Positions 1 through 10,154 of a DNA stretch of 64,000 nt are shown in pieces. The notes beneath the pieces are model-generated. The model had not been told where the DNA came from and made no database searches. It saw nothing but the letters and a program-made list of their open reading frames with translations. Both the position numbers and the translations under genes were made by a program. Numbering within the stretch: position 1 is the first letter of the stretch; every line of letters begins with the position of its first letter. Source of the stretch: Candidatus Heimdallarchaeum endolithica (GTDB lineage Archaea; Asgardarchaeota; Heimdallarchaeia; Heimdallarchaeales; Heimdallarchaeaceae); contig CP084167.1 of assembly GCA_021513715.1 (NCBI GenBank), forward strand, positions 1,152,001 to 1,216,000, in the 5' to 3' direction.

Positions 1-520
1 CTGTTTGAATATCAGGGATAGTTCTATTTGCAATAGCAGAAGTCATAACCTTCTGACAAATGTTATAGATAATTGAGATTTGTGTTTGAGAACTAATTGT
101 CTGTTGAGTATCAACAACATACAAACTTGGAGAGGAAGTAAAAGCCAAGGTGGAAAAATTAGAAGGAATGTACAGTCCTAGATCCTCTGTTTTTAAAATT
201 GCAGAGTAATTGTCAACTAATATTACTGAAACATGTGAATCATTTGATGAATAATACTGACTTAATAAAAGAACAATTTGATTTCCTATATTCTGTTCCA
301 TATAACCTTGATCTTCATTATATATCAAAAGATTTAATGTAGTAGAAGTTGAAAAAAGGGTTGGCAATATAAACATAAAAAACATTAATAGAAATGGTCC
401 TCCAAATATGAAAAAAGCAATTTTTTTCCTGAACAATAATGATAAATCTTTTTTTAAAATAGCCTTAAATTGTTGGAGGTTTAAGCTTTTTTTATTCAAG
501 GTTTTTTTTGATTTTTGCAT
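1..520 (-). CDS. ABC-2 type transporter permease (5' part; runs off window start)
   Basis: ATG at 520 gives MQKSKKTLNKKSLNLQQFKAILKKDLSLLFRKKIAFFIFGGPFLLMFFMFILP..., a typical ABC-2 permease N-terminus; immediately downstream of an ABC ATPase. Confidence 0.75.
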   Translation of the reverse strand, partial: MQKSKKTLNKKSLNLQQFKAILKKDLSLLFRKKIAFFIFGGPFLLMFFMFILPTLFSTSTTLNLLIYNEDQGYMEQNIGNQIVLLLSQYYSSNDSHVSVILVDNYSAILKTEDLGLYIPSNFSTLAFTSSPSLYVVDTQQTISSQTQISIIYNICQKVMTSAIANRTIPDIQT

Positions 521-521
521 T

Positions 522-1271
522 TTAATCACCGTTTATTGGAGCTCTGAAGGCTTGAATTATAGCTTCTTCAAAATTTTCTGTGCTTGAAGCGTACTTCTCT
601 ATTAGTTTCTCTTTTTTATCTTGGAAAGTAAGAAATCCATTTTTCATTATTCCACAATATTCTGCTAGTTCCTCCAAATCTGAGATTATATGGGAAGATA
701 ACAGTATTGTTTTCCCTTTTTTAGCGAGGTCAAGAATAATTTCTCGAACATATTTTCCTCTAGAGATGTCAAGTCCGCTTGTAGGCTCATCTAAAATAAG
801 AAAATCCTTATTTAGAATAATAGTCATAATAAAAGAGATTGCTCTCTGCTCCCCTCCTGAAAGTTTAGAAAAAGGTTTCAAAAGAAGGTCTGCTGTAATA
901 TCCAATCTTCTTAGGTAGTAATTTAACTCATTCTTAACATCATCAAAGTGAATATTATTTAATTCTAGAATAAATTTTATATTTTGCATAGGAGTTAGAT
1001 CATGGTAGGCAGCTGATATTTGAGGTAATAGAGCTATTTTTCCTCTTATCTCTTTAGGCTGAGCGACAACATTAATGTTGTTAATTTCAATTTCTCCATA
1101 GTCAGGTTTTAACAATCCTAAAAGTAAGCGAATGGTAGTTGTTTTTCCTGCACCATTAGGTCCAAGGAGAGCAAATATTGAACCTTTTGGCACAAGCAAA
1201 TTAACTTTGTTAACAGCTACTTTTTCTTTAAAGGATTTTGTCAAATTTAGAGTCTTTATCATATAAGTCAT
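522..1271 (-). CDS. ABC transporter ATP-binding protein (drug/ABC-2 export type)
   Basis: Walker A GPNGAGKTT, signature LSGGE, Walker B ILDEPT, SSH switch. Confidence 0.95.
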   Translation of the reverse strand: MTYMIKTLNLTKSFKEKVAVNKVNLLVPKGSIFALLGPNGAGKTTTIRLLLGLLKPDYGEIEINNINVVAQPKEIRGKIALLPQISAAYHDLTPMQNIKFILELNNIHFDDVKNELNYYLRRLDITADLLLKPFSKLSGGEQRAISFIMTIILNKDFLILDEPTSGLDISRGKYVREIILDLAKKGKTILLSSHIISDLEELAEYCGIMKNGFLTFQDKKEKLIEKYASSTENFEEAIIQAFRAPINGD

Positions 1272-1297
1272 TTAAACCACAAAAAAGAGAGGAAAAA

Positions 1298-3010
1298 TTA
1301 AGAAAATTGTCCAACTACTACATCAAAAATAAACCAAACAAAGGAACCCATAATAGAAAGGAATAGCAAAGCATAGAATCCAATAGTAACAAGCCTATAT
1401 TGCTTATCATCTTTTACATAAGGTACTACTATAACATATGAAATTGGGATAACTAGAACTAAGAATATAATTAGAAGAATTAGATAAAACGAGATGTTAG
1501 CTAAAAATTCTATACCAAAGTTTGGTACATAAAGATGAGCAACGAACATTCCAACTACTAAAGCAAGTTCCATTATTAGGATTGGTACAAGAGTCTGCAA
1601 AGGCAGTGCAGTATCTGATTTTTTCCTAGTTTCATCAAATCCTTTATTTAGGAAGTACAATAGTCTAATAGAAAGAGGGAAAGAAAGAATAACACTGATC
1701 CAAGAGAATGCTGTTACAATCATTCCATTAAAGCCAGAATAATCTCCTTTAGTAATAATAGGTCCTACTATCATAATTGCAACAATAAAAACTACACTAA
1801 CTAAAGAAAGAGACTGAAATAGTTGTGATGCAATTTCAGGTTTTCGAAGAGCAGGAGGTTCTTTTTCTGACTTTTTCTCAATATAGCCAATAACGTCTAT
1901 ATCATAGCGATGATATTTGATCATTGAATAGACATATGCTGTAACAAGTGAAACAATCATGAAAATTCCATCATGTGGAAAAAGATTCCAGGATATCATA
2001 AAGGATAGAGGAATAAAGGAAAGGATCAAACTCATCCAAATACTTTGAACTAGAATATAACTTGGTTTTTTGTCTAGTTTTTTCTCGAGTTTTGCTTCAT
2101 CTACTTCTTTCTGAAATAAAGATTTTATTGTATAGATTGTTGTCTCAATCTTGAATAAGAGTTTGTTAAATACGTTTTTATCTTCAATAAATTTAGACTT
2201 TCTTGAAAGCTCATAATCTTTTTCTTTTCTCAAAGCTAGTTTTTCTCTTTTTGTTTTCTTCGTTGTAATTAGAACAGCAATTGATATTAAAATAAAGGCT
2301 ATTGGATAAACTAATGAGTAAGTCAGTTGTAATCTATTAAAATCGAATCTAGGTTTTGATAATATAGTGAAAAATTCTATAAATATTTCCACTCCCCAAA
2401 CAGTTACAAGAGGAATAAAGGATAAAACAAGCAATCTTCCGCCTAAGAAAGGTACTTTTGCTGAATCTTTATGCATCCAGAATTTCCAGATAAGGATTAA
2501 TCCAACAAGAATAACAAATATGATTACTTCGTGTCCTATAATGAAAGCAACATTATTTCTATTATTTACAACAAAAACACTTAGAAGAATAGAAATCAAG
2601 GCTATTAAATAAATATAATCAATAACAAACTTCCTTCTAACCAACTGAACTTCATCTTTCGTATTCTTTTCGGGGTCATTGTAACCCACTATACTTAGTA
2701 GCTTATTATAATCGTTTTTAGCCGCATAAAGCAATGGAGCTATTTTCGATATAAAGTAAATAACCATCGAAGCTAACAAGATTCTAAAACCGAACCCTAG
2801 TGCTTGATACATGTACGTAACACTATCCTTCAATGGATCTGACAATAATAATACAGTAGGCAAAAGTAAAACTAAACAAAAAGTGTATAAAACTTTCAAC
2901 CAGCTTGCAATTTTATTTCCTGTATTGATACTAACTCCTAATGCTTCATATCTTAATCTTTGTTCAATTAATTCTTGTGGAACTTCATCTAGCGTACTCA
3001 TATTCAACAA
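1298..3010 (-). CDS. polytopic membrane protein, unknown function
   Basis: 570-aa ORF, more than 10 hydrophobic segments in two blocks separated by a Lys-rich loop. Confidence 0.7.
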   Translation of the reverse strand: MLNMSTLDEVPQELIEQRLRYEALGVSINTGNKIASWLKVLYTFCLVLLLPTVLLLSDPLKDSVTYMYQALGFGFRILLASMVIYFISKIAPLLYAAKNDYNKLLSIVGYNDPEKNTKDEVQLVRRKFVIDYIYLIALISILLSVFVVNNRNNVAFIIGHEVIIFVILVGLILIWKFWMHKDSAKVPFLGGRLLVLSFIPLVTVWGVEIFIEFFTILSKPRFDFNRLQLTYSLVYPIAFILISIAVLITTKKTKREKLALRKEKDYELSRKSKFIEDKNVFNKLLFKIETTIYTIKSLFQKEVDEAKLEKKLDKKPSYILVQSIWMSLILSFIPLSFMISWNLFPHDGIFMIVSLVTAYVYSMIKYHRYDIDVIGYIEKKSEKEPPALRKPEIASQLFQSLSLVSVVFIVAIMIVGPIITKGDYSGFNGMIVTAFSWISVILSFPLSIRLLYFLNKGFDETRKKSDTALPLQTLVPILIMELALVVGMFVAHLYVPNFGIEFLANISFYLILLIIFLVLVIPISYVIVVPYVKDDKQYRLVTIGFYALLFLSIMGSFVWFIFDVVVGQFS

Positions 3011-3171
3011 GACTAAAATCTATGAAGTATTTAAGAATTTTTTCGTTTGAATTGTAGTTGAAGTTTTTGAAAAAAGGTTAAATTTAAACTAAATAAACTA
3101 TTCAAAAGAATCAGAACAAAATTTGATATAATTGTTACAAAACAGCCTCTAATAATTTTAATAAAAAAAAA

Positions 3172-4458
3172 TTAATCTATAATATTTTGTCCTTCTTTTG
3201 TTGGAAGGAAGAATAATATTATAGAACTTAGAATAACAAAAAATCCACCAACCATTAATCCAGCGCCCATGTTATTAAATACATCACCTACCCAAATGAC
3301 CAATGGTGGAGCAACTAATGAAAAACCTCTAGCTCCATTATAGGAGATTGATGAAGCTGTACTTCGCACCTCTGTTGGATAAATCTCGCTGAATACTGCA
3401 CCAAAACTTGCAAAATAACCACAACCAAATGTAAATAAGGCCAAACCAAGATATTTTGCCCATGTTTCAGTTACCCAGAGATACATTATGATTCCAGAAG
3501 ATACGACCAAAGAAGTATAACCTATGAAAGTTGGCCTTCTTCCTATTTTATTTGAAATAAATCCAAAAAGTACATGCCCAATGTAACCTGAGGTTCCCCA
3601 GAATAACCCAATCATTAGAGCAGAATCTTTTAGCTTTAAACCATTTCTTTGGAAATATTCAGGTAACCACGAATTTATAGAATAGAAGGTCATCATTCCT
3701 GTAATTCCAAATAATAAACCTAAAGCAAATGTTTTGAATAGTTTTTTAGAGAAAAGTTCCTTAAAAACTCTTAATTCCAACTTATCTCCTCTCAGCTCTT
3801 TTGATTCTAAAGATTGTTTTTTCTTCCAAGCTTTTGATTCTGGTACAAAGAGGTAGATAAATAAGGCACTAAAAAGAGCTAGTCCCCCGAAAAGAAAAGC
3901 CATTCTCCAACCATGTAGTATTTTTGTTCCTATAACAACATGTGCTGCATCAAAAATTGGTACTATGAAAGAAACAATTAAAGCAGCGATAAGTTCTCCT
4001 AATGGCCAACCCGCTTGTGTTATTGCTATTCCTACATTTCTTTTTTCTTTTGGCCAAATCTCAGAGATAAGACTTGAACCTAGAGCCCAGACCCCTCCAA
4101 CACCAAATCCAGTTAGAATCCTAACAACAAACAAAGCTTCAATAGTCCACACAAAAGCTGTTGCTGCTGTACAAATACTATATATACTTATAACAAAAAT
4201 CAAAGTTTTTTTTCTTCCCAAAATATCTCCTAAATAACCAAAAAATATTCCACCTAGACCTGTACCCAAAAGCTGTAAACCTAACAACCAGCTCTTTGTA
4301 TGGGAATCTATAGCAAATTCTTCTCCAATTTGTATAATTAAGAAAGTCAAAAGCAAAAAGTCTGCTGCATCAAACATCCAAGCCATAACAACTCCAATTA
4401 GAGTAAGATATTGTTCCTTAGGAGTATAAGTTAAAGAAAGATCCAACTGTTCAGTCAT
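3172..4458 (-). CDS. MFS transporter
   Basis: motif A GYLGDILGRKK, WMFDAAD, 12-TM pattern, EIYPTEVRS. Confidence 0.95.
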   Translation of the reverse strand: MTEQLDLSLTYTPKEQYLTLIGVVMAWMFDAADFLLLTFLIIQIGEEFAIDSHTKSWLLGLQLLGTGLGGIFFGYLGDILGRKKTLIFVISIYSICTAATAFVWTIEALFVVRILTGFGVGGVWALGSSLISEIWPKEKRNVGIAITQAGWPLGELIAALIVSFIVPIFDAAHVVIGTKILHGWRMAFLFGGLALFSALFIYLFVPESKAWKKKQSLESKELRGDKLELRVFKELFSKKLFKTFALGLLFGITGMMTFYSINSWLPEYFQRNGLKLKDSALMIGLFWGTSGYIGHVLFGFISNKIGRRPTFIGYTSLVVSSGIIMYLWVTETWAKYLGLALFTFGCGYFASFGAVFSEIYPTEVRSTASSISYNGARGFSLVAPPLVIWVGDVFNNMGAGLMVGGFFVILSSIILFFLPTKEGQNIID

Positions 4459-4536
4459 TTAAACACCTTAAGTTATACAAGCAAAAAAAAGGGTGTTTTA
4501 AGTTTTATCCTATTTACCTCTTAAGAAAAAATAAAA

Positions 4537-5274
4537 CTAGCCTTTATAATTACTTAAAAGTTTTATATGCTCATCAAGTTTATCTATACAAGCTTCTAAA
4601 ATTTTTAAACCATTTTCACGTGATATTTCATTTAGTGCTCCTGCAATACCACTTTTTGTAAATTGGTCTGTACGAGAAGAGAGAAATAGATCACCGATAT
4701 ATCTTCCCCACATAGGAGAAGAAGTTAGCTTCTCAAATTTCTCCTCTTTTACATATTCCTCATAAATTGCCCATATTACAGACGTCTCCACCTCATCAGC
4801 GTGAATAACCTGTGAATGCCCTATTACTTTTTTTAGTATTTGTTCATCTTTCCACCACTCAAACAATAGAGCAATGAAATCAAATCTATCATTGAAATCA
4901 CCAATAACCTCCATTATTGAAGAAGTATTTCCTCCGTGACCGTTTACAACAATAATTTTTCTGAATCCATGGTGTTTCAGAGACAAGAATATTTCTCGTA
5001 CTATTGATCTAAAAACATCTGGACTAAACCACAAAGTTCCAGGAAAATTACGATGATGTGATGAAACCCCTATTGGTATTGGTGGTAAACTGTAAGCTTT
5101 AGGATTCTTTTCAGAGGCTTTCTCTGCAATATATGTGGAAATAAGATAATCTGTACCTATTGGATTTTGAGGACCATGTTGCTCAATACTTCCAAGAGGT
5201 ATAAGAATAACTGCTTTATCTTTATCTAGACTTTTAACATCTTCCCATGTTAAAAATTGGTAATTATGATTCAT
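4537..5274 (-). CDS. creatininase family protein
   Basis: PLGSIEQHGP..GTD, VNGHGGN, HADEVETS motifs. Confidence 0.92.
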   Translation of the reverse strand: MNHNYQFLTWEDVKSLDKDKAVILIPLGSIEQHGPQNPIGTDYLISTYIAEKASEKNPKAYSLPPIPIGVSSHHRNFPGTLWFSPDVFRSIVREIFLSLKHHGFRKIIVVNGHGGNTSSIMEVIGDFNDRFDFIALLFEWWKDEQILKKVIGHSQVIHADEVETSVIWAIYEEYVKEEKFEKLTSSPMWGRYIGDLFLSSRTDQFTKSGIAGALNEISRENGLKILEACIDKLDEHIKLLSNYKG

Positions 5275-5661
5275 ATCTCAAAATAGTTAAATCCTTTTAA
5301 ATATTTTATCTGTTCATTTTTTTTATGTTTTATATTTTTTTATTATTATATTCATTTTACTTTTTTTTATAAATAGGCAAAAAAATATTTCACACAATAT
5401 TCTTATAATTTACTTTCGTTTCTTTTCAATTCTTTTTTGCATTACTTCCCACAAATAGCATATTCTTTATTTAGATTTGTACATATTTTTTTTTCTTTGC
5501 CTTTTTTCTTCTTTTTTTTCGTCTTTTTGCCTTACTTAACTATTTTCTATTGTTTTTGCAAAATATTGGGGAGAGAGAACATAAATGAAAAAATCGGAAT
5601 TTTTAGTTATTTTTTTCTGAATATTTTCATAATCTTTATTAACTAAAAAAATTGAATTTAG

Positions 5662-5676
5662 TTGGGTTTAACCCAA
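5662..5676. promoter_or_regulatory. palindrome TTGGGTT-T-AACCCAA just upstream of the caspase-family gene
   Basis: perfect 7-bp inverted repeat ending 10 bp before ATG 5687. Confidence 0.4.
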
Positions 5677-5686
5677 GTGATAACAA

Positions 5687-6487
5687 ATGAAAAGAAAAAC
5701 AATCCTTGTGGGTTTTATTGGTTTGTTAGTATTGTTCACATCAATAACGGCAGCTAAAGCTTTAGACGATCCTGTCGACAAATACGCTCTTATTATAGGA
5801 ATAAGTGACTATGATGCAATTAGTGACTTATCATACTGTGATGAAGATGCTACAGACTGGTATAATTACTTAAACGGAATAGGTTACCAAATAGTATTAT
5901 TAGGCGATAGCCATCCAGAGAATTATCCTCAATATGATGGATTAGCTACAGAATACAACGTTAAGACTGCTTGGGCAAACATTCTTGCACAAGCTGATGA
6001 AAATGATATCGTAGCATTCATAAGTTCAGGTCATGGAACAGAGGTCAACATTGGTGGAAGAGGCAGATGGTCTCGTATCTATGTTCAAGCATTATGCATG
6101 TGGGACACTAGTGCTGGTCAAAATGGAGAAGATGGTCTAATTTATGACTCTGAACTTAAAGATATGATGGCACCCTCTGTAAGTAATACATTCATTTTCC
6201 TTGATCACTGTTTCAGTGGTGGAATGTCTGAAGTTATGGAAAACGCTAATGCTGCTAAGGTTTATATGACTACAACATGCACTGATGATGGTTATGGATA
6301 TGATGACTCCACACACCAAAATGGAGCTTGGACTTATTATTTCTTAGAATACACGCTAATTGGTGTATACGGTGGTTCTGCATCAATGGAACAAACTTTC
6401 GATACTGCGCTCTCTGTTTATCCTTATGATGGTGGAGACACACCACAAGAATTTGATGGCAATACTGGCCTTTTCTTCTATCTCTAA
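5687..6487 (+). CDS. secreted caspase-family (peptidase C14) protein
   Basis: signal peptide; KYALIIGISDY; catalytic His in SSGHG; catalytic Cys in LDHCFSGG; NGAWTYY. Confidence 0.88.
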   Translation: MKRKTILVGFIGLLVLFTSITAAKALDDPVDKYALIIGISDYDAISDLSYCDEDATDWYNYLNGIGYQIVLLGDSHPENYPQYDGLATEYNVKTAWANILAQADENDIVAFISSGHGTEVNIGGRGRWSRIYVQALCMWDTSAGQNGEDGLIYDSELKDMMAPSVSNTFIFLDHCFSGGMSEVMENANAAKVYMTTTCTDDGYGYDDSTHQNGAWTYYFLEYTLIGVYGGSASMEQTFDTALSVYPYDGGDTPQEFDGNTGLFFYL

Positions 6488-6571
6488 TGAGATAGAATTT
6501 TCTTTTTTTCTTATTTAACAATAGTTAAATTTTTCGGAAAAATTTTTATAATAAGAGACTTTCTTTTTCAT

Positions 6572-7030
6572 ATGAATGGTAAATATAAATTACTCTCTTA
6601 TTTGCTTTTGATATCCTGTTTATCAGTTATTTTTCACGTATCAGTAGTAGATGCAGCATCAGTGAGAACACTTTCTGTAGATATTCATGAAATTATAATT
6701 GATGATGCTTATTATATTGACACTGACATTTATACTTACTTAACAGTTAACGTAGACACTGGTTCAACTACAGAAAAATACTATTTAGTGGTAACACTAA
6801 CTAACCCACTGAATGAAGAAAGTACTGTTATGTATCATGTTTTTACTTCCTTAAAGTCACTAAAGTTCGAAGTTATCTTTTATAATCATGCCACTGTTTC
6901 TGGAGATTATATAGTCGAAGCATCTATAATTGCCAATAATAATGGTTGGTTATCAGTCACAGATGTAATGATTTTTGATCCTCCAGGAGGAAGTGAAGGA
7001 GATCCGTATGTTGGAATAAAAGTTATTTAG
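6572..7030 (+). CDS. secreted hypothetical protein (beta-rich, Ig-like)
   Basis: signal peptide, alternating beta-strand pattern, C-terminal FDPPGG. Confidence 0.65.
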   Translation: MNGKYKLLSYLLLISCLSVIFHVSVVDAASVRTLSVDIHEIIIDDAYYIDTDIYTYLTVNVDTGSTTEKYYLVVTLTNPLNEESTVMYHVFTSLKSLKFEVIFYNHATVSGDYIVEASIIANNNGWLSVTDVMIFDPPGGSEGDPYVGIKVI

Positions 7031-7080
7031 AAAATTATTTTTTTCTAAACTACCATTAGCCCTTTCAGGAGACAAAATAT

Positions 7081-8226
7081 ATGATTCCGTATTTCAAAGA
7101 ATTTCAATATTTACAGAAAAATCCATTAGCTAGTTTCACTGAAATAGCTAGTGCGCTTGGAATTACAGATAAAACAGCTAAAGCACACTACAATATTTTA
7201 GTCTCTGAGGGATACATTGGTAAAAAAGTTGGAAATAGAGTGGGCTTAGAAAGTGTTCAAGCTAGAATCTGTGTTGATTCAATAGGACTCAAAACCTACA
7301 GTATTTTTGTAGAATCTAATAAACTATCCAACATAGAGTTTCTAGAAAAATTAGCTGATTTTCATAATTTCACAAGTTACAGAAACAGAGTTATTGGTAG
7401 CCGTCAAGGACTTTTCTTACAATTTAACATTCCACAATCTGCATACAGATACTTGGAAGATCTTTTAACAGAATTAAATAATCTAAATATAATTGATAAT
7501 TTTGTTATTCTTCCTTCACTAGATTACCATCACAGTAATTTTCCTGATTTCACTTTCTATGATAATAATAAAGGAGAATGGGTCTGGCAAATTGAAAATG
7601 GGCAAATAAACTTGGGTTCATGGTTTAAACACTTTTTAACTATGTCTTTTGAAAATAACTACAATCCTCATAAATGTAAGAATGTGATGGATAAACTAAC
7701 TGAAATTGATCTTCAACTTTTGCGCCAATTAACAAAAGATGCGAGAGAATTTTCAAAAATCGAATTAGCAAAAAAATATTCTGTTTCACCTGCTACTATT
7801 ACCAGAAGAATGAAGTTTCTCAATGATAATGTGATTAAAGAATATAGATTAGGGTATAGAAGGTCCAAAGTACAATTTGTAGATCTAATAATGTTTAGAG
7901 CTTATTGTTCAGAAGAAGTAAAGTTTAAACTCTATAAATTGCTTCGTGACTCACCTGTTCCTTTTGATTCAGGGTTTGTTCTTTTAGGAGACGGGTTTTT
8001 ATGGAGACTCAATTTACCTCCAGTATATACTTCTGCCTTTAGTAATCTACTGTGGGGAGTATGTGACAAACTTGAGTACTACCATCTTGATCATATTCAC
8101 AGTATGCTTTATTGGTTTTATCACAAGAACTTTGATATTGATACAAAATCATGGAAAGCTGGTAAAGAAGAAGTTTTTGATTTACCCATTGAATGGATAG
8201 AAAAAAACATTACGCAAATTCTTTAA
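7081..8226 (+). CDS. Lrp/AsnC-like regulator with two wHTH modules
   Basis: N-terminal NPLASFTEIASALGITDKTA and internal DLQLLRQLTKDAREFSKIELAKKYSVSPATITRR HTHs. Confidence 0.8.
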   Translation: MIPYFKEFQYLQKNPLASFTEIASALGITDKTAKAHYNILVSEGYIGKKVGNRVGLESVQARICVDSIGLKTYSIFVESNKLSNIEFLEKLADFHNFTSYRNRVIGSRQGLFLQFNIPQSAYRYLEDLLTELNNLNIIDNFVILPSLDYHHSNFPDFTFYDNNKGEWVWQIENGQINLGSWFKHFLTMSFENNYNPHKCKNVMDKLTEIDLQLLRQLTKDAREFSKIELAKKYSVSPATITRRMKFLNDNVIKEYRLGYRRSKVQFVDLIMFRAYCSEEVKFKLYKLLRDSPVPFDSGFVLLGDGFLWRLNLPPVYTSAFSNLLWGVCDKLEYYHLDHIHSMLYWFYHKNFDIDTKSWKAGKEEVFDLPIEWIEKNITQIL

Positions 8227-8249
8227 ATTTCAATTTACTCTTGATTTTT

Positions 8250-8550
8250 TTATTCATTTTTCTTACAACCACATATAGGACAATAATGTTCGAAACCTTG
8301 ATAGTGATACCCACAATTTTCACAATATTGCTCATTTAGTTTTTCTTCACTAAGTTCCCAATTCTTTTTTCCTAATAATAACGGTGGAAAAATCATTAAA
8401 AACAAGAATGGAAAGCCGAAATTTAATGTTAAAATTAATGAAATTACAGTAACTAGTAATGAAAGAGCTATCCATCTCCATTCTATATTTTCAGCTTCAT
8501 ATTCGTTTCTTTTTTTTGATTTAACCCTTTTTAATATTACTTTTTTTCAT
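8250..8550 (-). CDS. small membrane protein with C-terminal zinc ribbon (absent from ORF track; start frameshifted or non-ATG)
   Basis: manual translation ...EWRWIALSLLVTVISLILTLNFGFPFLFLMIFPPLLLGKKNWELSEEKLNEQYCENCGYHYQGFEHYCPICGCKKNE*; ATG at 8550 is one base out of frame across an A7 run. Confidence 0.6.
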
Positions 8551-8625
8551 TGTTGTTTTACTCATAGACAGATTTTTCCTGAGAGCAAGATTGGCGTACA
8601 AAAATTTTGTATATAATTAAGTTGA

Positions 8626-9957
8626 TCATTTTATTTTTTGACACTCAAAGATTATAAAAGTCGGAGCTCTATCATAATCAAAAGCCAAAAGTTTTGGATG
8701 TTTTTTTATTTTTTCCATTTCTGGTCTAGGTTCAACTATTTCAGTTATCACAAAACCTGCACTTTTTAGAGCTTTAGAATACTCTGTTAGAGTTCTTTCG
8801 AATTGCCAAATAGGATTTATTTTTCCCCACGAAATAAGTTTTGCTCGTGAATCAAAGTAGCGATCAAAAATAATAATATTGTCTTCATTTCTAGGATTAT
8901 CAAAAGGTAGCCGCATATTAAACTGATTTATTCTTCCAAAACAAGGATGAAGATTTGACCAGATAAACCTTCCATTTTGTTTTAATACTCTGCTGATCTC
9001 TATAAAAGATTGCTTATAATTTTTAACATCAATAAACACAATATTTGAAACAACTAGGTCAAAACTCTCATTTTCAAAAATAGTTAAATCATCTAACGAA
9101 GCAGTAAAAAATTTACAGCCTAGTTGCTCTTTTTCTTCTCTTCTTTTACAATAATCAATAAAAGTTTTCGAAAAATCTACTCCTGTAACTTTGGCTCCTA
9201 GTCTTGCAAGTTTTCTAGCTAAATACCCATTTCCACAACCTGCATCTAAGATTGAAAGATTCTTTACTTTTCCAATAAGTTTCATTAAAACAGGGTCAAT
9301 AACTAGCTGTCTATTTATATCCCCTTCATCTTCTGACATCGCTGTATATGCCGATATCCAAATTTCAGCATTTTGGTCCCATTTTTTCTTTGTATCGCTT
9401 ACATTAATTTCAATTCCTTCTTTTTCAGAATAAATAGAAAGAGAACCAATGTGCATCTCTTTTTTTAATTTCTCAAAGGATTGATTCTTACTAAATACAT
9501 CTTCTGTACTTATTTTTTTGCCTTCTCTTACTTTCTCTGGTTTCCAGTGCTGTAGCAGTTTTATATCTCCGGTTATTGTTTCTAAAGCTTCTTTTTTATT
9601 TATTTCAAATGGGTGTGTACCTCTATATTCTTCATAATACAAATCGAAATGGTCTTCTCCACAAATTTGACATTTAAATTTAAATGCATAAGTTCTATCA
9701 AAAAACTTTACAGGATATAAACTTGGAGGGTTGCAAGAACCACAAAAAAGTTTTTCCTCTTCAGGACAAAAATACATCCAATTAAAGTGGTGATATTCTC
9801 CACATTTGGAACACTTGTATTGAGAATGCAAGGAACATCGAAAAACATAGTTGTCTAAAGTAAATACACCTTTACGAATAGGATAATCTTTTTCATATTT
9901 TTTTATATTTTTACAATAATAACAAGATTGCTCTATTTTTGCATCATAGAAGTGCAT
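8626..9957 (-). CDS. class I SAM-dependent methyltransferase with N-terminal Cys/His-rich domain
   Basis: ILDAGCGNG, VTGVDFS, FDLVVS, SRVLKQNGRF; several CxxC/CxxH pairs in the first ~105 aa. Confidence 0.85.
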   Translation of the reverse strand: MHFYDAKIEQSCYYCKNIKKYEKDYPIRKGVFTLDNYVFRCSLHSQYKCSKCGEYHHFNWMYFCPEEEKLFCGSCNPPSLYPVKFFDRTYAFKFKCQICGEDHFDLYYEEYRGTHPFEINKKEALETITGDIKLLQHWKPEKVREGKKISTEDVFSKNQSFEKLKKEMHIGSLSIYSEKEGIEINVSDTKKKWDQNAEIWISAYTAMSEDEGDINRQLVIDPVLMKLIGKVKNLSILDAGCGNGYLARKLARLGAKVTGVDFSKTFIDYCKRREEKEQLGCKFFTASLDDLTIFENESFDLVVSNIVFIDVKNYKQSFIEISRVLKQNGRFIWSNLHPCFGRINQFNMRLPFDNPRNEDNIIIFDRYFDSRAKLISWGKINPIWQFERTLTEYSKALKSAGFVITEIVEPRPEMEKIKKHPKLLAFDYDRAPTFIIFECQKIK

Positions 9958-10154
9958 AAAAAAAGATTAAGGATTGTTTTAAGTTCTTTTTTATTTTAGC
10001 TAAAAAGAGTTCAGAAATTTATCAATAGAATTTAAAAAAGAAAGATTACTTATTAATCTTTGAATTTTCAACCTTTTCAGTAAAGTAAGGTCTTTTAATA
10101 AAAGTTATTTATTGCTAATTTTGTGTATATCTGAACAAAAATTAGTGGATTCTA

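Noticed and set aside
5437-5646. 69-aa Phe-rich ORF
   Set aside because: Product of T-rich intergenic DNA with a TTG start; no protein-like pattern
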